The notes beneath the pieces are model-generated. The model did no database searches. It was given only the letters and a program-made list of their open reading frames with translations, and had not been told where the DNA came from. From a phage: a stretch of 64,000 nt of DNA. Every line of letters starts with the position of its first letter. Position 1 is the first letter of the stretch. The stretch is taken from NCBI GenBank assembly GCA_036253495.1, contig GCA_036253495.1_4125.1; one strand, 5' to 3'. Below are positions 60,771 to 64,000 of this stretch, piece after piece. Made by a program: the position numbers and the translations under genes.

Positions 60771-61384
60771 TTTATGCACTATACGTACTATACGTACTTG
60801 GTCTGGTTATTGGTTGGTTTTTGGCAAAATCTTACAACCGTAATGCACTGGCATACACAGTATTTGGTATTATTTTTACGCCAGTACTAGAACTAGGTTT
60901 ACTAATTATTATGGGTCGCCGTGACATGACACCAGTCATTGACGATAATCGTGATAAAGCAGTACATGATGTACCAGTTTTTGAAGGATATACGCCAACT
61001 TTAACTGTTGATGACGTTTACATTGATGGTGCTGCTGAAGAAGTTAAATCAGTTCAGGAAGAAGTTGAAGAAGTTCCAGTAAAAGAAGAACCACAACCAA
61101 AAGCATCAACAACTAAAACAAAAGCAAAAACTTCTAAGAAAACAAAAGGTCGCAAGACTAGCACTAAAAATACCAAAAAAACCAGTACAACTCGCAAAAG
61201 CACTAAAACTGATAAGGAAGCATCTTCCAGTACTACCAGTACTGATGATGGTACAAGCACTGTTCTACTGACAGCAGCAACAACTGCCGCAATTATCAGT
61301 ACTTCATCCTATAGCGACTCATCTTCCTCTTATGACAGTGGCTCTTGTGATAGTTCAAGCTCAAGTTCAGGAAGCTGTGATTAA
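60767..61384 (+). CDS. membrane protein with Lys/Thr-rich and Ser-rich low-complexity tail, 205 aa
   Basis: two N-terminal TM helices; KASTTKTKAKTSKKTKGRKTSTKNTKKTSTTRKSTK; C-terminus SSSYDSGSCDSSSSSSGSCD. Confidence 0.65.
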   Translation: MIYALYVLYVLGLVIGWFLAKSYNRNALAYTVFGIIFTPVLELGLLIIMGRRDMTPVIDDNRDKAVHDVPVFEGYTPTLTVDDVYIDGAAEEVKSVQEEVEEVPVKEEPQPKASTTKTKAKTSKKTKGRKTSTKNTKKTSTTRKSTKTDKEASSSTTSTDDGTSTVLLTAATTAAIISTSSYSDSSSSYDSGSCDSSSSSSGSCD

Positions 61385-61728
61385 TGGTTCCGTTATCATC
61401 TGAACTAAGGTACTTCGAATCTCTCCTTGATCTTCAATCAGAATTCGTTAGTACCTTAAAAAATAAATTAATAGGCAAAAAAGTAAAATTCACTCAAGAG
61501 TATATTGACCACATCAATAAGGCTAAGGAGGATGAAGTAGATTCTGACTGGATTTATTGTGATGATGAAGCTTCTCATATCAACGAAAATACAGTTATGT
61601 TTATTACTTTGTTGCGAGTAAAGAATTCATCAATCTATGTTGATGTTGAATATGAAAATCCAAAAAGTTCTGAATGGTACGGATTCACTTACCGTTTAGA
61701 TCGTTTAGAACTAATAGAAGAGGAATAA
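61384..61728 (+). CDS. family C paralog C24, 114 aa
   Basis: NKLIGKKVKFTQEY (cf. C13 SLIGKKVECW). Confidence 0.6.
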   Translation: MVPLSSELRYFESLLDLQSEFVSTLKNKLIGKKVKFTQEYIDHINKAKEDEVDSDWIYCDDEASHINENTVMFITLLRVKNSSIYVDVEYENPKSSEWYGFTYRLDRLELIEEE

Positions 61729-61971
61729 ATGATTTTATTTTTTGCTTTGTATGGTGTAGGAGTACTGAGTACATTTATCAGTACTTTTCTTATCATCAAT
61801 TGGGGTTCTTTTAAAGATACCCCTACCACAATGATTAATATTAGTACCTGCTCTATGTTATCAGTACTGTGGCCTGTGTCGTTGGTGTATCTTTTCATTT
61901 CAATCTGTAAAGATTTTTACGATACACTAACAAAATTCAAGAAGAAGAAACATGACAAAGACGGAAATTGA
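61729..61971 (+). CDS. small membrane protein, 80 aa
   Basis: ILFFALYGVGVLSTFISTFLII and CSMLSVLWPVSLVYLFISI helices; basic tail. Confidence 0.6.
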   Translation: MILFFALYGVGVLSTFISTFLIINWGSFKDTPTTMINISTCSMLSVLWPVSLVYLFISICKDFYDTLTKFKKKKHDKDGN

Positions 61972-62206
61972 ACAGTTAAAGATGTTACAATCGTTATCTG
62001 ATGATTTTGTCCAACGTGCTAAGCACAAATATATTGGTCAAGAAATTCTTCTTAAACACTCCAGAGGTTGGCAAAAAATATGCATAAGAGATATGGGAAC
62101 ATATTATGGTGATGTGCGATATTACGTAGATTGCTATGTTAATGACCAAATTGCCAATACTCAAGTTGTCACCTATGATAAAATTATATGGATTAAAGAA
62201 CAATGA
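61952..62206 (+). CDS. family C paralog C25, 84 aa
   Basis: KYIGQEILLKHSRGWQKICIRDM. Confidence 0.65.
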   Translation: MTKTEIEQLKMLQSLSDDFVQRAKHKYIGQEILLKHSRGWQKICIRDMGTYYGDVRYYVDCYVNDQIANTQVVTYDKIIWIKEQ

Positions 62207-62946
62207 AACATTTCTTAGAAGTAACAGTTCCTGATGAAAAAGATTTGTATATAGTAGGAGACATTCACGGTAATGCAAAACTATGGGAACATACCAAGAA
62301 AGAATTTGGTATTACTCCTGAAGATTATGTATTCAGTTTAGGCGATTTAATTGACAGAGGTGAGCAAAGTGCTCACCTTTTGTTTGAGTTTTTATTCGCT
62401 GAGAATCGATATATGATCATGGGCAATCATGAATCGATGTGTATTGATTCTGCAACTCATCGTGACTGGTATCATTGCTGGACACAGAATGGGGGCGATA
62501 AGTTCCTGGAAGAAGTTGGTGTATCAGGAGTGGAATTCTTCCGTCAGTACTTGAACCAGCTACCTATGATTATCCAAATCAATCACAGAGGACTCAAGAT
62601 TGGCCTCGTACATGCAAGTGTAGACCTTAAGCACACTGACTGGAATAAGTTCATTACTGGGACAAAATCAATGTCCAGTGATACAATTGAGTCATGCCTA
62701 TGGGACAGAAAGACATTTGATTTCTGTAAAGCTAACAACGTCTTTAATGCACCACGTATTGCTAACGTCGATTACGTTCTTAGTGGTCATACCGCTGTGT
62801 TTGATCCCCTAATTTATGGAAACCGTATCTGGATTGACAGTCAGTTCCTTACTGGTGATTTGACTATTGCTACCCCACAAGGTGGTAAGATGCGTTATTT
62901 GCGTAAAGAAAAAGACGAATATTCATTCAGTCGATTCAAAAGGTAA
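62203..62946 (+). CDS. Ser/Thr protein phosphatase (lambda-phosphatase / calcineurin-like metallophosphoesterase)
   Basis: GDIHGN, GDLIDRG, GNHE, later GH motifs in canonical order; ATGA overlap. Confidence 0.85.
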   Translation: MKHFLEVTVPDEKDLYIVGDIHGNAKLWEHTKKEFGITPEDYVFSLGDLIDRGEQSAHLLFEFLFAENRYMIMGNHESMCIDSATHRDWYHCWTQNGGDKFLEEVGVSGVEFFRQYLNQLPMIIQINHRGLKIGLVHASVDLKHTDWNKFITGTKSMSSDTIESCLWDRKTFDFCKANNVFNAPRIANVDYVLSGHTAVFDPLIYGNRIWIDSQFLTGDLTIATPQGGKMRYLRKEKDEYSFSRFKR

Positions 62947-62951
62947 TTATT

Positions 62952-63230
62952 ATGCATGACATGATTGATAGTGCATTAACCGAATTTAACTTTTTTAAAA
63001 AATCACTCGATACAATAATCAATGATACCAACCAACAAATGAAAGACCATTTAAGTGATAAATTGGTTGGTCGTTGGGTTGAGCTACCATATATAGATGG
63101 AACTACTGTTGGTGTGATTCATAGAATTGTAACAATTCATGAAGTGAAGGTGTATGTTGAAATTTTGGTTGACAATGAAACTAACAAATGTTTTGTACAA
63201 TTAAGCACTGAAGATTTAACTTTTTTATAA
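62952..63230 (+). CDS. family C paralog C26, 92 aa
   Basis: KLVGRWVELPYIDGTTVGVIHRIV. Confidence 0.6.
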   Translation: MHDMIDSALTEFNFFKKSLDTIINDTNQQMKDHLSDKLVGRWVELPYIDGTTVGVIHRIVTIHEVKVYVEILVDNETNKCFVQLSTEDLTFL

Positions 63231-63239
63231 GGATATAAA

Positions 63240-63467
63240 ATGAAAGTAATTTATGTTCAGGTTGAAAAATATCAAACTGAAGATGGTCGCATTTTTGATT
63301 CAGCTAAACAAGCTGAGCATCATGAACGTATTATTTCTGGTGTTCGTCGCATTTGTCCTAAATGTAACGGAACACAACAAGTTCCCGATGAAGAATTTCG
63401 TCGCTATTATGCATGTCCAGATTGTGATGGTAAAGGATATGTAGAAAAACAAGAGGTATGGAAGTGA
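63240..63467 (+). CDS. small zinc-finger protein (DnaJ-type CxxCxGxG repeats), 75 aa
   Basis: CPKCNGTQ and CPDCDGKG. Confidence 0.65.
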   Translation: MKVIYVQVEKYQTEDGRIFDSAKQAEHHERIISGVRRICPKCNGTQQVPDEEFRRYYACPDCDGKGYVEKQEVWK

Positions 63468-63877
63468 AACTATATTGCTTAACAAACATGTACTGTCAGG
63501 GTGTTCAGGCTGGCATTCAGGCATTTCATGCTGGTATTAAACTCGTCAAAGATTATGAAGGTTCAGTATTCAGTACTCTAATCGATGAATGGTATAATGA
63601 GCACGAAACTATTGTAATTCTCAATGCTGGCAACCAAGATAAATTAACCACTCATTACGAGAATCTATCCAAACAGGGCAAGGTTCCATTTGCTAAATTC
63701 AATGAACCAGGTTTGAACGATACCCTCACTAGTGTAGCAGTACTATGCACTGAAGAAATGATTGATGACATGGCACTGATGCGTACTAACGACCCAATGA
63801 CTGATTTACAGCTATGTCACAAATACGGTCATATGTACGAAACACTAAAAGCTATGAGTACAATGAGGACTATTTGA
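63458..63877 (+). CDS. hypothetical protein, 139 aa; weak PTH2 (peptidyl-tRNA hydrolase 2)-like pattern
   Basis: GVQAGIQAFHA...W....ETIVILNA...L..L...G.....F.EPGLN..LTSVAVL resembles the PTH2 layout; by eye only. Confidence 0.3.
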   Translation: MEVKLYCLTNMYCQGVQAGIQAFHAGIKLVKDYEGSVFSTLIDEWYNEHETIVILNAGNQDKLTTHYENLSKQGKVPFAKFNEPGLNDTLTSVAVLCTEEMIDDMALMRTNDPMTDLQLCHKYGHMYETLKAMSTMRTI

Positions 63878-64000
63878 TGAATTTTCCTGAAAAGATTTTC
63901 GTCGCAAGACGTTTTGTTAGTGGGGATCAGGTTGACGGATATATTATCGACGCAACTAAAATGCACACTAAAGCATTTGAAACTAAGAAAGAACGTGTTG
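63877..64000 (+). CDS. 5' end of hypothetical protein (runs off window)
   Basis: TGATG overlap; MNFPEKIFVARRFVSGDQVDGYIID... Confidence 0.5.
   Translation, partial: MNFPEKIFVARRFVSGDQVDGYIIDATKMHTKAFETKKERV

Overview
AT-rich (about one third G+C by eye), very gene-dense window in which every credible gene is on the + strand. It looks like an early/accessory arm of a large virulent phage of the T4-related or jumbo-myovirus type. Support: T4-type RNA ligase 1, PseT polynucleotide kinase/phosphatase, a phage Dam-family methylase, a lambda-type phosphatase and sigma70-like promoters. No database search was possible and the phage is not identified. Layout: (i) nt 1-8200 holds about 23 tiny genes, most with their own near-consensus promoter and a G-rich leader hairpin. 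(ii) nt 8398-12955 holds 21 tandem, translationally coupled 65-85 aa paralogs with an LGTNYQ motif (family A, 26 copies in the window). (iii) nt 12958-45699 is a 33-kb super-array of at least 50 paralogs sharing an acidic-xFQxS(L/T)(V/I) motif (family B, 52 copies in the window). This array is interrupted by a promoter-to-terminator module encoding a complete methyl-accepting chemotaxis protein, a possible ADP-ribosyltransferase-like ORF and a 45-codon Lys-rich ORF ending inside a terminator hairpin. (iv) nt 45753-46391 is an ORF-free, G+C-richer segment that may encode a structured RNA. (v) nt 46392-64000 mixes recognisable enzymes with a provisional third family of about 26 small proteins (family C), one of them frameshifted at a T7 run. 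More than 100 of roughly 190 genes belong to these three lineage-specific families. Independently, the palindrome AGTACT (often CAGTACTG) is hugely over-represented in coding and non-coding DNA, except in a 3.8-kb island covering the first 16 family A genes. Many start codons were re-set from the ORF track using SD sequences, promoters and family alignment, and they remain inferences.
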